64,000 bases of DNA from Escherichia phage teqdroes. The notes beneath the pieces were generated by a model. It had not been told where the DNA came from and searched no databases. It saw only the letters and a program-made list of their open reading frames with translations. Where the stretch lies: sequence record NC_054932.1, one strand, 5' to 3'. The translations under genes and the position numbers were made by a program. Of this stretch, positions 37,405-48,906 are shown one piece after another. How positions within the stretch are numbered: position 1 is the stretch's first letter; every line of letters starts with the position of its first letter.

Positions 37405-40400
37405 TTATTCAACCCATTCAAATTTAACCGTTTTATTCACTGGGTCAGGAATAATGCGAACATTACCAATTCGTAAGAAATCACGAATAGTAAGATTACC
37501 CATTGTGGCATTATCAGATGGTAAAGCACCGATATCAGATGGTTGAGGAGGGTTACCTCCATCAAATACCTGAACAAAACTTGACCAAGAGTTTTTGGTT
37601 TTCTGCCATGTACGTGTCCAGCGAGTGGTACGCGCGTCTGGCGTCGTTGGATAAGTAATCCAATCTTGGTAAAGCGAATCAAGTGTGTTACCAAACTGAG
37701 TCAGTGTACCAGGAGATTTAACTTCTTCGCCACGTTCTAAGTATGGAAGCCCAGTCACTTCATTAGTTTTTTCAACCATTTTAAAATAACCCGGGAACTG
37801 GTTATAAGTGGCTGAATCGTTAATATCAATTGACCAGAATCCTACCGTATCAGATGTTGGCGCACGGGTATATAAATCAGATGTTTTAGTACCCTGAGAA
37901 CGAATTCTCGAGTTAACAGTTAAACCGCCTGAATTTATAGTAGCACCTTTGGCAATGATTAAGCTTTCACCAATTGTGACTTGACCGGATTGATTATTAA
38001 TTGATAATGGACGTAATCCATTAAATCCACCGGTCTGATCACCAGATGCAGTAAGCATAAAATATGTACTGCCGCCATCATTCCTGATAAAGAATCCATA
38101 ATCACCGTTTATTGCTCTGAAAGCATTTGCAGACTTGCTAATGAATTCACCATTGGCTGTAACTGAACTACCAAATGTTGCTACGCCATTCGTATTCAAT
38201 GAACCGGAAGCATTAACATTTATTGGCATTACAGTACCATTGATACTAAACGTTATATTCCCAGCTTTATTACGTTGAGAATAAAAGTGATTAGACGTTT
38301 CATCACCAACTTCAAATACCGTAGAACGTGTTGTATCTGAACCGCCACCGAACTGATTTCCCCAAACTCTGATAGTCATCGTCTGCACTGGGTTAGTTCC
38401 AGTTTGAGGTCCTTTCTCAAAAATCAGACAAGTTGCCGTTCCAGTATTAGAAATAGTTAATGTGCTGTTTGCCGAAACTGATCCGCCAAACGTAGCAGTA
38501 CTAGATGATACAAGAGGGGCACTCAGATTCGTTTGTTGGGTTAAGGTTAGTGAACCATTAACTGTCTGTGCAATATCCCTACGAATGAACTGGGATGAAT
38601 CTAGACCATCCAATAAATTACTATCTACAGCTTTTGCTTTTAACGGCAAATAATTTGCTAATACACGGTTTAATTCATATGGTGATACCGCATAGCTATT
38701 TTTCTCATACAGTTCTAAATCTTGGGTAGAACCGACTGTATCATTACCAACGAATGTAATTGAACCAGATGAAGTTTTAACAAAGCCTCTTATCGCAGTA
38801 GTAGCTGCCCAAGTAGGTTCACTCTGCACAATCCATTTTAAATTTTTTGGAGATACAGCAGTATTTGCTGACGTTCCAGTCACAGTTTCAGACTGGGTTG
38901 CAACTTTAATAACACCTTCCTGTGCTTCAGTAGATTTAGTACCTAAAAGCTTTTTAGGAGTTATTAAAACATTATCTAATGTTCCTGCAGCAGCTTCAAC
39001 TTGTGTAGCTACACGAAGTGTACCACGCTGTGTCTCATTTGCTTCAAGAATATTAAGGGTATAATGGTCCCAGAGAGTTCCTGATTCAACTAATCCAGAT
39101 AGAGCAACAACAGAAGTACGATCAGTACTATTAAATCTAGTTTTAATTTTTAATGGTGTAGAGATACGAGTATCGTCGACGCCTGCGTCGAATTCAACTT
39201 GTGTAGCAATTTCAGCTATACCACTTAAACTTTCAGTTGCTTTACGGTCATTTAAAGTTTTAGGAGTGACTGCACGAGTATAATCAGTTCCTGTATTAAC
39301 TTCACTTTGTGTAGCAATTTCAATTAAACCAATTCTTCCATCAGTTGATGTCTTTTTATGTAACGTTTCTGGCGTTACAACCGCATTTGCCCATCCTTCT
39401 TGGCTTTGTCCAGCAATTACTTCGCTTTCAACTGCTAAAATTACTGCACCTTGTTGTGTTGGAGTAGCTTTATACTGATCCAGAGCTTTAGGCGAAACAA
39501 CTAAATTATTAGTGTTTTTATTATAAACGTTTGTACCATTTAATTCACGACTAGAAGCTGGAGTAGCTCCTGCGGTAGATACAAAGGTTACAATACCAGA
39601 TAATGATTCAGAACCCTGACGAGCTTGAAGCTTTTTAGGAGTGATGATTGTAGTATCATCAGTACCTGCATTAGTTTCCTGTTGCGTAGCAATTTCAGCA
39701 ACACCTCTGCGAGTTTCTGTAGCAGTTCTTTCATTCAGCTTTTTAGGAGTGATGATAATATCGTCAGCAAAAGAGAATGTAGTATCCTGGTTTACTTGAG
39801 CAGTAGTTGCTATTCTTGCGATACCTCTACGAGTTTCTGTAGCAGTACGGTTAGCTAATGTTTCTGGAGTAATTGCTAATTCTTTTTGTGGAGAATTTTC
39901 TAAATCGGCATTAGCTTGAGCTTGTGTAGCTAAAGCAATTACGCCTAATCTTGCTCTAGTAGAATCATTCAAAGAGTCTACTCTTTCTACGGTTGGAACG
40001 TTTTGTTGTACAACCCAGTATTTTCCATCAGAATCTTCTATATAAGCAAGTTGTAAAACTGGAACATAATTAGTTTCACCGTTAAAAACTAATTCTTGAA
40101 CAGTTACCCATTCAGCTTCAGGTGGATACTCTGAACGTTTTGGGAACTGCAGCAATTGAACTGAAGAAGCAATTTTATCTTCACCGGCAGCTTTGATTTT
40201 AACTGTTTGTCCTTTTCGCATGTAATTCATGGAAATTTTGACAGTATCACCAACAGAAATATTAGTTGGAAGCTGAAGTTCAATTGTTTGGGTTGTTCCA
40301 TTATTCGCACCAAATACCATAACTTCTTCATTTGGACGAATATTAGAATTGGTTGTTATAATGCGTAAACGTGCTTTACTATCCCCGTCAAATAATCTCC

Positions 40401-41274
40401 ATAATTTCTCATTATCATCATACATCAAGAAACCATCAATAGATGTACGGCCTTCAATGGAATGAGTTCCATCTTCTTGTACTGATGTCGTTTCATCGTA
40501 TGTAGTAACAATTGTATGATAAAGCGGATTTAGTTTATCTAAATCGACGAAATTAATAATATCGCCGTGATTAGCAAATCTCGGAAGTTTAATATTTATC
40601 GGTGCAGCAGAAGTAAATCTACGTACGATAAAATCATTAGATTGCGCTTGATAAGTATTCGCTGGTGTTACAACTACAGCTTCTCTACTATAATCAGCTA
40701 CATACATTTGCCACAGACGATTACTAAAAATTAAAACTAACTGCGACTTTGGATGAGTCATTAGTACTGAACGTACTTGTTCGCCTCTAAAGTTTACAAT
40801 ACTTTGCACTGGAGCTACAATTAAAACTTGGTTAACTCCAGGTTTTCCTCCAATATCTTGGAGAACGATAGTATCACCGTCAATTGGGGTAGATGGTAAA
40901 GTAAACGTGATGTCATTTCCAGTTGCAGTATTAACCGAAATAGCTTCACCGGATTTTAATTGATATGAACCAGATGAAACCGTAATCCAGTTTGCGTCTG
41001 TACGTAATGCTCTCCAGCGCCCGCTATTAAAAGCTCCTGCCGGTTTTGGAATATCATTTATAGCAGCCCAAAAGCGGTTATCATAAATGATTACAAAATC
41101 TTTTAAATATCCACGAGTTGGATCATATTGTTGAACTGTGTTTTCTTGAATTAAGTAATCAACGTTAACACCGTCAGTTCCTACGGTACGATCAGCTAAA
41201 GCTACGTTGATTATTTTATCGCCACCTGCGTCCAGACCGTCTTCTGCTCTGAACTTTCTTTTAATCTCGGCCAT
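37405..41274 (-). CDS. 34: gp34 long tail fibre proximal subunit
   Basis: 1289 aa, same length as T4 gp34; repetitive ATQ/TPKKL beta-rich segments. Confidence 0.9.
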   Translation of the reverse strand: MAEIKRKFRAEDGLDAGGDKIINVALADRTVGTDGVNVDYLIQENTVQQYDPTRGYLKDFVIIYDNRFWAAINDIPKPAGAFNSGRWRALRTDANWITVSSGSYQLKSGEAISVNTATGNDITFTLPSTPIDGDTIVLQDIGGKPGVNQVLIVAPVQSIVNFRGEQVRSVLMTHPKSQLVLIFSNRLWQMYVADYSREAVVVTPANTYQAQSNDFIVRRFTSAAPINIKLPRFANHGDIINFVDLDKLNPLYHTIVTTYDETTSVQEDGTHSIEGRTSIDGFLMYDDNEKLWRLFDGDSKARLRIITTNSNIRPNEEVMVFGANNGTTQTIELQLPTNISVGDTVKISMNYMRKGQTVKIKAAGEDKIASSVQLLQFPKRSEYPPEAEWVTVQELVFNGETNYVPVLQLAYIEDSDGKYWVVQQNVPTVERVDSLNDSTRARLGVIALATQAQANADLENSPQKELAITPETLANRTATETRRGIARIATTAQVNQDTTFSFADDIIITPKKLNERTATETRRGVAEIATQQETNAGTDDTTIITPKKLQARQGSESLSGIVTFVSTAGATPASSRELNGTNVYNKNTNNLVVSPKALDQYKATPTQQGAVILAVESEVIAGQSQEGWANAVVTPETLHKKTSTDGRIGLIEIATQSEVNTGTDYTRAVTPKTLNDRKATESLSGIAEIATQVEFDAGVDDTRISTPLKIKTRFNSTDRTSVVALSGLVESGTLWDHYTLNILEANETQRGTLRVATQVEAAAGTLDNVLITPKKLLGTKSTEAQEGVIKVATQSETVTGTSANTAVSPKNLKWIVQSEPTWAATTAIRGFVKTSSGSITFVGNDTVGSTQDLELYEKNSYAVSPYELNRVLANYLPLKAKAVDSNLLDGLDSSQFIRRDIAQTVNGSLTLTQQTNLSAPLVSSSTATFGGSVSANSTLTISNTGTATCLIFEKGPQTGTNPVQTMTIRVWGNQFGGGSDTTRSTVFEVGDETSNHFYSQRNKAGNITFSINGTVMPINVNASGSLNTNGVATFGSSVTANGEFISKSANAFRAINGDYGFFIRNDGGSTYFMLTASGDQTGGFNGLRPLSINNQSGQVTIGESLIIAKGATINSGGLTVNSRIRSQGTKTSDLYTRAPTSDTVGFWSIDINDSATYNQFPGYFKMVEKTNEVTGLPYLERGEEVKSPGTLTQFGNTLDSLYQDWITYPTTPDARTTRWTRTWQKTKNSWSSFVQVFDGGNPPQPSDIGALPSDNATMGNLTIRDFLRIGNVRIIPDPVNKTVKFEWVE

Positions 41275-41308
41275 TCTCCCGGGCTCCTATTGTGTTTTCA
41301 ATAATAAG

Positions 41309-41316
41309 TATTTATA
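41309..41316 (-). promoter_or_regulatory. late promoter (TATAAATA) for gene 34
   Basis: Plus-strand TATTTATA about 35 nt upstream of the gene 34 start. Confidence 0.55.
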
Positions 41317-41319
41317 CTT

Positions 41320-41349
41320 GTTTACTTTAAGATTTGGATGGTATATAAT
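41320..41349 (+). promoter_or_regulatory. early promoter for rnh (divergent from the gene 34 late promoter)
   Basis: GTTTAC at 41320-41325, TATAAT at 41344-41349. Confidence 0.55.
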
Positions 41350-41378
41350 AGAAATCTCACTAATTGAACGAGGTTCAT

Positions 41379-42296
41379 ATGGATTTAGAAATGATGTTGG
41401 ATGAAGATTACAAAGAAGGAATTTGCTTTATTGACTTTAGTCAAATTGCGCTTTCAACTGCTTTAGTAAACTTCCCAGATAAAGAAAAAATTAATTTATC
41501 AATGGTTCGTCATTTGATATTGAACTCAATTAAGTTTAATGTCAAAAAAGCAAAAACGCTTGGATACACTAAAATTGTACTGTGTATTGATAACGCGAAA
41601 TCTGGATACTGGCGTCGTGATTTCGCTTATTATTATAAGAAAAACCGTGGAAAAGCACGAGAAGAATCTACTTGGGACTGGGAAGGTTATTTTGAATCCA
41701 GCCATAAAGTTATAGATGAATTGAAAGCTTATATGCCATACATTGTTATGGATATTGATAAGTATGAAGCGGATGACCACATTGCTGTTTTGGTTAAAAA
41801 GTTCTCTTTAGAAGGACACAAGATTTTAATCATTTCATCGGATGGTGACTTTACTCAACTTCACAAATACCCAAATGTTAAGCAATGGTCACCGATGCAC
41901 AAGAAATGGGTTAAAATTAAAAGCGGTTCTGCTGAAATTGACTGTATGACTAAAATCCTTAAAGGCGACAAAAAGGATAACGTTGCTTCAGTTAAAGTAC
42001 GATCTGACTTCTGGTTTACCAGAGTTGAAGGTGAACGAACTCCTTCAATGAAAACTTCAATCGTTGAAGCTATTGCTAATGACCGTGAGCAAGCTAAGGT
42101 GCTTCTCACAGAATCTGAATATAATCGTTATAAAGAAAATTTAGTTCTAATTGATTTTGATTATATTCCTGATAATATTGCTTCAAACATTGTGAATTAC
42201 TATAATTCATATAAATTACCACCGCGTGGCAAAATTTATTCATATTTTGTAAAAGCGGGTCTTTCTAAATTAACTAATAGCATTAATGAATTTTGA
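41379..42296 (+). CDS. rnh: RNase H (FEN-type 5'-3' exonuclease)
   Basis: 305 aa from MDLEMMLDEDYKEGIC…; matches T4 RNase H. Confidence 0.9.
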   Translation: MDLEMMLDEDYKEGICFIDFSQIALSTALVNFPDKEKINLSMVRHLILNSIKFNVKKAKTLGYTKIVLCIDNAKSGYWRRDFAYYYKKNRGKAREESTWDWEGYFESSHKVIDELKAYMPYIVMDIDKYEADDHIAVLVKKFSLEGHKILIISSDGDFTQLHKYPNVKQWSPMHKKWVKIKSGSAEIDCMTKILKGDKKDNVASVKVRSDFWFTRVEGERTPSMKTSIVEAIANDREQAKVLLTESEYNRYKENLVLIDFDYIPDNIASNIVNYYNSYKLPPRGKIYSYFVKAGLSKLTNSINEF

Positions 42297-42304
42297 GGTG
42301 AATA

Positions 42305-42574
42305 ATGGCTAAAAAAGAAATGGTTGAATTTGATGAAGCTATCCATGGCGAAGACTTGGCTAAATTTATTAAAGAAGCATCTGATCATAAACTGAAAATT
42401 TCCGGTTATAATGAACTGATTAAAGATATTCGAATTCGTGCCAAAGATGAACTTGGCGTTGATGGTAAGATGTTTAATCGTCTATTAGCTTTGTATCATA
42501 AAGATAACCGTGATGTGTTTGAAGCTGAAACTGAAGAGGTAGTTGAACTTTATGACACAGTTTTCTCTAAATGA
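42305..42574 (+). CDS. dsbA: DsbA dsDNA-binding protein
   Basis: 89 aa between rnh and 33. Confidence 0.8.
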   Translation: MAKKEMVEFDEAIHGEDLAKFIKEASDHKLKISGYNELIKDIRIRAKDELGVDGKMFNRLLALYHKDNRDVFEAETEEVVELYDTVFSK

Positions 42575-42890
42575 TATTCGTCCGGTCGATGAGACCGGTC
42601 TTTCAGAAAAAGAACTTTCAATTAAGAAAGAAAAGGATGAAATAGCAAAGCTTCTTGATCGTCAAGAAAATGGATTTATTATTGAAAAAATGGTAGAAGA
42701 GTTTGGAATGAGTTATCTTGAAGCTACGACAGCATTCTTGGAAGAAAATTCTATTCCTGAAACTCAATTTGCTAAATTTATTCCTTCGGGTATAATTGAA
42801 AAAATTCAGTCAGAAGCTATTGACGAAAATCTTTTACGTCCTTCTGTTGTTCGTTGTGAAAAAACTAATACATTAGATTTTCTACTATGA
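42552..42890 (+). CDS. 33: gp33 late transcription co-activator
   Basis: 112 aa from MTQFSLNDIRPVDETG…. Confidence 0.85.
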   Translation: MTQFSLNDIRPVDETGLSEKELSIKKEKDEIAKLLDRQENGFIIEKMVEEFGMSYLEATTAFLEENSIPETQFAKFIPSGIIEKIQSEAIDENLLRPSVVRCEKTNTLDFLL

Positions 42891-43540
42891 TTAAACTCCG
42901 CATGCCTGCTGGTGGTGAAAGATACATTGATGGTAAATCAGTTTATAAATTATACTTAATGATAAAACAACATATGAATGGAAAGTATGATGTAATTAAG
43001 TATAATTGGTGCATGCGGGTGTCTGATGCCGCTTATCAAAAGCGAAGGGATAAGTATTTTTTCCAGAAGTTATCAGAAAAATATAAATTAAAGGAACTTG
43101 CTTTAATCTTTATAAGTAATTTGGTTGCTAACCAAGATGCTTGGATTGGTGACATCTCTGACGCTGATGCACTTGTGTTTTATCGTGAATATATCGGACG
43201 CTTAAAGCAAATTAAATTTAAGTTTGAAGAAGATATTCGCAACATTTATTATTTTAGTAAAAAAGTTGAAGTTTCTGCTTTTAAAGAAATTTTTGAATAT
43301 AATCCAAAAGTTCAATCAAGTTATATTTTTAAACTGCTTCAGTCGAACATAATTTCGTTTGAGACGTTTATCTTGCTTGATTCATTTTTAAATATAATTG
43401 ATAAACATGATGAACAGACTGATAATTTAGTCTGGAATAATTATTCTATAAAGTTAAAGGCTTATAGAAAAATTTTAAATATTGATTCACAGAAAGCTAA
43501 AAGTGTTTTCATTGAAACTGTGAAATCTTGTAAGTATTAA
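42887..43540 (+). CDS. 59: gp59 helicase loader
   Basis: 217 aa; matches T4 gp59. Confidence 0.9.
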   Translation: MIKLRMPAGGERYIDGKSVYKLYLMIKQHMNGKYDVIKYNWCMRVSDAAYQKRRDKYFFQKLSEKYKLKELALIFISNLVANQDAWIGDISDADALVFYREYIGRLKQIKFKFEEDIRNIYYFSKKVEVSAFKEIFEYNPKVQSSYIFKLLQSNIISFETFILLDSFLNIIDKHDEQTDNLVWNNYSIKLKAYRKILNIDSQKAKSVFIETVKSCKY

Positions 43541-43541
43541 T

Positions 43542-43565
43542 TGCTTATTATAAATAGATTATAAT
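43542..43565 (+). promoter_or_regulatory. candidate middle promoter (MotA box TGCTTA plus TATAAT) with overlapping TATAAATA
   Basis: TGCTTA at 43542-43547, TATAAATA at 43549-43556, TATAAT at 43560-43565, upstream of gene 32. Confidence 0.45.
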
Positions 43566-43639
43566 TATCTCACTGACCAGCTATGAGGTCATACATCGTC
43601 ATAGCACCAACTGTTAATTAAATTAAAAAGGAAATAAAA

Positions 43640-44548
43640 ATGTTTAAACGTAAATCTACTGCTGAACTCGCTGCACAAATGGCTAAACTGGCTGGAAATA
43701 AAGGTGGTTTTTCTTCTGAAGATAAAGGCGAGTGGAAACTGAAACTCGACAATGCGGGTAACGGTCAAGCAGTAATTCGTTTTCTTCCGTCTAAAAATGA
43801 TGAACAAGCACCATTCGCAATTCTTGTAAATCACGGTTTCAAGAAAAATGGTAAATGGTATATTGAAAACTGTTCATCTACCCACGGTGATTACGATTCT
43901 TGCCCAGTATGTCAATACATTAGTAAAAATGATCTGTACAACACTGACAATAAAGAGTACAGTCTTGTTAAACGTAAAACTTCTTACTGGGCTAACATTC
44001 TTGTAGTAAAAGACCCAGCTGCTCCAGAAAACGAAGGTAAAGTATTTAAATACCGTTTCGGTAAGAAAATCTGGGATAAAATCAATGCAATGATTGCGGT
44101 TGATGTTGAAATGGGTGAAACTCCAGTTGATGTAACTTGTCCGTGGGAAGGTGCTAACTTTGTACTGAAAGTTAAACAAGTTTCTGGATTTAGTAACTAC
44201 GACGAATCTAAATTCCTGAATCAATCTGCGATTCCAAACATTGATGATGAATCTTTCCAGAAAGAACTGTTCGAACAAATGGTTGACCTTTCTGAAATGA
44301 CTTCTAAAGATAAATTCAAATCATTTGAAGAACTGAATACTAAATTCGGTCAAGTTATGGGAACTGCTGTGATGGGCGGTGCCGCAGCGACTGCTGCTAA
44401 GAAAGCTGATAAAGTTGCTGATGATTTGGATGCATTCAATGTTGATGACTTCAATACAAAAACTGAAGATGATTTTATGAGCTCAAGCTCTGGCAGTTCA
44501 TCTAGTGCTGATGACACGGACCTGGATGACCTTTTGAATGACCTTTAA
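43640..44548 (+). CDS. 32: gp32 single-stranded DNA-binding protein
   Basis: 302 aa; zinc site and acidic C-terminal tail; matches T4 gp32. Confidence 0.95.
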   Translation: MFKRKSTAELAAQMAKLAGNKGGFSSEDKGEWKLKLDNAGNGQAVIRFLPSKNDEQAPFAILVNHGFKKNGKWYIENCSSTHGDYDSCPVCQYISKNDLYNTDNKEYSLVKRKTSYWANILVVKDPAAPENEGKVFKYRFGKKIWDKINAMIAVDVEMGETPVDVTCPWEGANFVLKVKQVSGFSNYDESKFLNQSAIPNIDDESFQKELFEQMVDLSEMTSKDKFKSFEELNTKFGQVMGTAVMGGAAATAAKKADKVADDLDAFNVDDFNTKTEDDFMSSSSGSSSSADDTDLDDLLNDL

Positions 44549-44570
44549 TAGATTATATTATTAATTAATT

Positions 44571-44596
44571 GGGGACCCTAGAGGTCCCCTTTTTTA
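44571..44596 (+). terminator. rho-independent terminator
   Basis: GGGGACCC-TAGA-GGTCCCC followed by T6. Confidence 0.8.
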
Positions 44597-44621
44597 TTTC
44601 AAAAATTTTTTTCACAAAACA

Positions 44622-44651
44622 GTTTACATCCTTGTCCTTCCATGGTACTAT
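44622..44651 (+). promoter_or_regulatory. early promoter (repeated module)
   Basis: GTTTAC at 44622-44627, TACTAT -10. Confidence 0.55.
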
Positions 44652-44694
44652 ACAACTATCGGCAATACTGCTGATGATTAAAGAGGAAAATAAT

Positions 44695-44925
44695 ATGGCT
44701 AAAGTTGATATTGACATCGTTGATTTTGAATATATCGAAGAAATTATTCGTAATCGTTATCCTGAACTTAGCATCACAAGTATTCACGATGATCCCAATT
44801 ATTGCAATTTTTCTATTGTCATTGAAGGTCCTCTTGAAGACCTCACCCGCTTTATGGCTAATGAATATTGTGATGGCATGGATTCTGAAGACGCAGAATT
44901 TTACATGGGACTGATTGAACAATAA
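44695..44925 (+). CDS. hypothetical acidic protein (76 aa)
   Basis: ATG with AAGAGGAAAA SD. Confidence 0.5.
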   Translation: MAKVDIDIVDFEYIEEIIRNRYPELSITSIHDDPNYCNFSIVIEGPLEDLTRFMANEYCDGMDSEDAEFYMGLIEQ

Positions 44926-44932
44926 TTATCAA

Positions 44933-44948
44933 GGGGCTATCAAGCCCC
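44933..44948 (+). terminator. GC hairpin (weak terminator candidate)
   Basis: GGGGCT-ATCA-AGCCCC, no clear T-run. Confidence 0.3.
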
Positions 44949-44969
44949 TATCAAAATGAGGAAACCGTA

Positions 44970-45350
44970 ATGTATACTGGTAAAAAGTATGAACTTGTTC
45001 CAAGACTTATTGATACATTTATTAATTATAGCCCACGTTCTAATTCATCAATAGTTAAAGCCATTCGAGATAATGGCGGATGGTTTGAAGTTAAAGAAGT
45101 TTCCGTCGCTAACGGATATAAAGCAGTAAAACACATTGAATGCGCAAATGGAAAGCATTTTTACCTCAAAGATAGACTTTTAGAAATTTGCGAAGACGAA
45201 TTTCATTGTTTTCGTGAGTATAAAGAACCGACTTCTGAAAAAGATGAAGTCAAAGACAAGGTTTCTGGCGTAACAAAAATTCACTGCATTGTAGATGAAA
45301 ACAATGTAGACGAAATCATTGAACTTTTGCGAAAAACTTTTAAGGCCTAA
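44970..45350 (+). CDS. hypothetical protein (126 aa)
   Basis: ORF with GAGGAAA SD. Confidence 0.5.
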   Translation: MYTGKKYELVPRLIDTFINYSPRSNSSIVKAIRDNGGWFEVKEVSVANGYKAVKHIECANGKHFYLKDRLLEICEDEFHCFREYKEPTSEKDEVKDKVSGVTKIHCIVDENNVDEIIELLRKTFKA

Positions 45351-45351
45351 T

Positions 45352-45612
45352 ATGACTAAAGATGATTTCCTGAATGCGGTAGAAAAAGCTAGTGAGAAAT
45401 TTGAAGTGATGGGTGTACGGGTCCACAAAGACAGAAATTACGGGCTCGATATTCAAACGTATTCGTTATGGCTTGTGGGTGAACACAGTCTTGTAACCAG
45501 TTTAGTTATGGGTGTCGATACCTATCCTCTATTGGTTAAGTTCAGAAGTATGGAAAAGGCTACTAAAGAAATGATTAAGCTTGGTAAGTGGCTCGATAAA
45601 ATTCAAAAATAA
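45352..45612 (+). CDS. hypothetical protein (86 aa)
   Basis: ATG 1 nt after the upstream stop. Confidence 0.45.
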   Translation: MTKDDFLNAVEKASEKFEVMGVRVHKDRNYGLDIQTYSLWLVGEHSLVTSLVMGVDTYPLLVKFRSMEKATKEMIKLGKWLDKIQK

Positions 45613-45614
45613 TT

Positions 45615-45643
45615 GTTTACAACAGGCTATGGTAGTGATACTA
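45615..45643 (+). promoter_or_regulatory. early promoter with -10 inside an inverted repeat
   Basis: GTTTAC at 45615-45620; AGGCTAT/ATAGCCT flanks the -10. Confidence 0.5.
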
Positions 45644-45669
45644 TAGCCTTATCAACTAAGGAGAATAAA

Positions 45670-45912
45670 ATGAGATTACAACGTCAGAGTATCAAAGATT
45701 CAGAAGTTAGAGGTAAATGGTATTTTAATATTATTGGTAAAGATTCTGAACTTGTTGAAAAAGCTGAACGTCTTTTGCGTGATATGGGATGGGAAGATGA
45801 ATGTGATGGATGCCCTCTTTATGAGGATGGAGAAAGCGCAGGATTCTGGATTTACCATTCTGACGTTGAACAGTTTAAAGCTGATTGGAAAATTGTGAAA
45901 AAGTCTGTTTGA
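45670..45912 (+). CDS. hypothetical protein (80 aa)
   Basis: ATG with AAGGAGAA SD. Confidence 0.5.
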   Translation: MRLQRQSIKDSEVRGKWYFNIIGKDSELVEKAERLLRDMGWEDECDGCPLYEDGESAGFWIYHSDVEQFKADWKIVKKSV

Positions 45913-45922
45913 GGAAAATATT

Positions 45923-46255
45923 ATGTCTGATATTCATGTAACTGGAATTTCCCAAGTAAACATTCGCTGCCAATTTAAAACTGTACCCGGGGTGACTCAT
46001 ATTAATTTATCACACGACCCATATTCTCGTGGAAGACAGTTAACTGGTGTAATTAAGTTTTTCGGAGGAATTGGTGGTAATGAATTTACTATAGGCGATG
46101 AAGAAATTGTTGGCTGTAAATTAAAAGTTCAGAAGGGCGTGTTAGAACTTTTTAATCCTGAAGCTTTTGATGAAATCTCACGAGCAGTTAACAAAGGAAT
46201 GTTAACGTTAATTAAAATGATTAAAGCTAGCGGATACGTTCCTGATCCTTTTTAA
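45923..46255 (+). CDS. hypothetical protein (110 aa)
   Basis: ORF with GAGGAAAA SD. Confidence 0.5.
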   Translation: MSDIHVTGISQVNIRCQFKTVPGVTHINLSHDPYSRGRQLTGVIKFFGGIGGNEFTIGDEEIVGCKLKVQKGVLELFNPEAFDEISRAVNKGMLTLIKMIKASGYVPDPF

Positions 46256-46266
46256 TTGGAGATGAT

Positions 46267-47093
<827 letters not shown>

Positions 47094-47113
47094 AATAACG
47101 CGTGGCGGAAAAT

Positions 47114-47461
47114 ATGAATTTTAATTATTACCCTATTCTATTAGAAAAAGACGCGAAACAGCCAAAGTGGCAGGGTCCTCAGTTTATTAAAGGTGTCTAT
47201 CAATTAGTAGTTCCTAAAGACAAGATTTATAGCAGTTGTTTCACTGAATCCGCTTGCAGTATTTTCGGTAATAGTTCTCCGTATTGGAATTTTGACATAA
47301 AGCTGGATAGAAATATCGATATTTGGTTGAAAGCTATGGATATTGGTAATATCACGTTTGATGAGAATAATTATCATATTATTGGTCGCTTTTCCAAACG
47401 CGGTAAAGAATTATATTTCACGCCTGAAATTGAGAGAAAATTTGATGCTAAACCGTATTAA
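47114..47461 (+). CDS. hypothetical protein (115 aa) between frd and td
   Basis: ORF from ATG 47114 (the track start at 47102 is GTG); no recognisable motif. Confidence 0.4.
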   Translation: MNFNYYPILLEKDAKQPKWQGPQFIKGVYQLVVPKDKIYSSCFTESACSIFGNSSPYWNFDIKLDRNIDIWLKAMDIGNITFDENNYHIIGRFSKRGKELYFTPEIERKFDAKPY

Positions 47462-47505
47462 TTATTAGCTTCATAAAATGTATTATAATTTATATAAGGT
47501 ACTAA

Positions 47506-48366
47506 ATGAAACAATACCAAGATTTAATTAAAGACATTTTTGAAAATGGTTATGAAACCGATGACCGAACAGGCACAGGAACAATTGCTTTGTTCGGTAC
47601 TAAATTGCGTTGGGATTTAACTAAAGGTTTTCCTGCAGTAACAACTAAGAAGCTTGCGTGGAATGCATGCATTGCTGAGCTTCTATGGTTTATTTCCGGT
47701 TCTACCAATGTTAATGATTTACGTCTTCGCACTCATGGTAGTCTTATTCAAGGCAAAACTATTTGGGACGATAACTATGAAAACCAGGCTAAAGACCTAG
47801 GATATCATAGTGGTGAACTTGGTCCTATATACGGTAAACAATGGCGTGATTTCGGTGGTGTGGATCAATTAGTTGAAACTATTGATCGTATTAAAAAATT
47901 ACCAACTGATCGACGTCAAATCGTTTCAGCATGGAATCCAGCTGAAATCAATCAAATGGCATTACCGCCCTGTCATATGTTCTATCAGTTTAATGTGCGT
48001 AATGGTTATCTTGATTTACAATGGTACCAAAGAAGTGTAGATGTTTTCTTGGGATTGCCATTCAACATTGCCTCGTACGCTGCCTTGACGCATATTGTGG
48101 CTAAGATGTGTAATCTTATCCCAGGAGATTTGATATTTTCTGGTGGTAATACTCACATCTATATGAATCATACTGAGCAATGTAAAGAAATTTTACGTCG
48201 TGAGCCTAAAGAACTATGTGAACTTAAAATTGATTGGCCTATAGAGTTTGGAAATTGTGACACCGAAACACAGCTTTACTGGTTAACTGAATACATGAAA
48301 CCGAAAGATTTTATCCTTGAAAATTATGAATCGCATCCAGCAATTAAAGGGAAAATGGCAATATGA
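47506..48366 (+). CDS. td: thymidylate synthase, uninterrupted
   Basis: 286 aa continuous ORF with the catalytic motif PPCH; no intron interruption. Confidence 0.95.
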
Positions 48367-48626
48367 TTTTACGATTTAAAGATACTTCTGGCGTTGTTCT
48401 TTTTACACTTCCTAACCCAAGCGAGTTAGAAGTTCCAGGACCAGAACAGCCTATTACCATTTATGGTAAAAAATACTATACTCATAAAATGACTCGTGAG
48501 TATTTTGATAATAAAATTTCTACAGTTAAAACTTCTTCTGATTGTTATTATGATATTACTGTTTTAACGGAAAAACAATATGACGAATTATTCCAGCGTG
48601 GGCCGTCTATGCCGGGTAGTGAATAA
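48363..48626 (+). CDS. hypothetical protein (87 aa)
   Basis: ORF with ATGA overlap to the td stop. Confidence 0.45.
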
Positions 48627-48906
48627 ATACAAATCCGACTTTGATGTTAATATTCACCGCGGTACATTTTGGGGAAATTACGTCGGTAAAGATGCTGGCA
48701 GCCGGGAGGCTGCCATTGAATTATTCAAAAAAGATTTTATACGTCGAATTAAATCCGGAGAAATAACTAAAGCACATTTAGAGCCTTTACGTGGAATGAG
48801 GCTAGGATGCACATGTAAACCAAAGCCGTGTCATGGTGATATAATAGCTCATATAGTTAACCGAGTGTTTAAAGACGATTTTCAAGTTGAGGACTTATGC
48901 AATTAA
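48580..48906 (+). CDS. hypothetical protein (108 aa)
   Basis: ORF overlapping the upstream ORF by 47 nt; start uncertain. Confidence 0.4.

Noticed and set aside
47462-47490. Possible MotA-box middle promoter upstream of td (AGCTTCA … TATAAT)
   Set aside because: The MotA box is imperfect (GCTTCA rather than TGCTTA) and the spacing is only approximately right; too weak to call without transcript data.
47506-48366. Searched for a group I intron in td (and in nrdB, 51213-52382)
   Set aside because: Both reading frames are continuous and full length; there is no interruption or intron-ORF.
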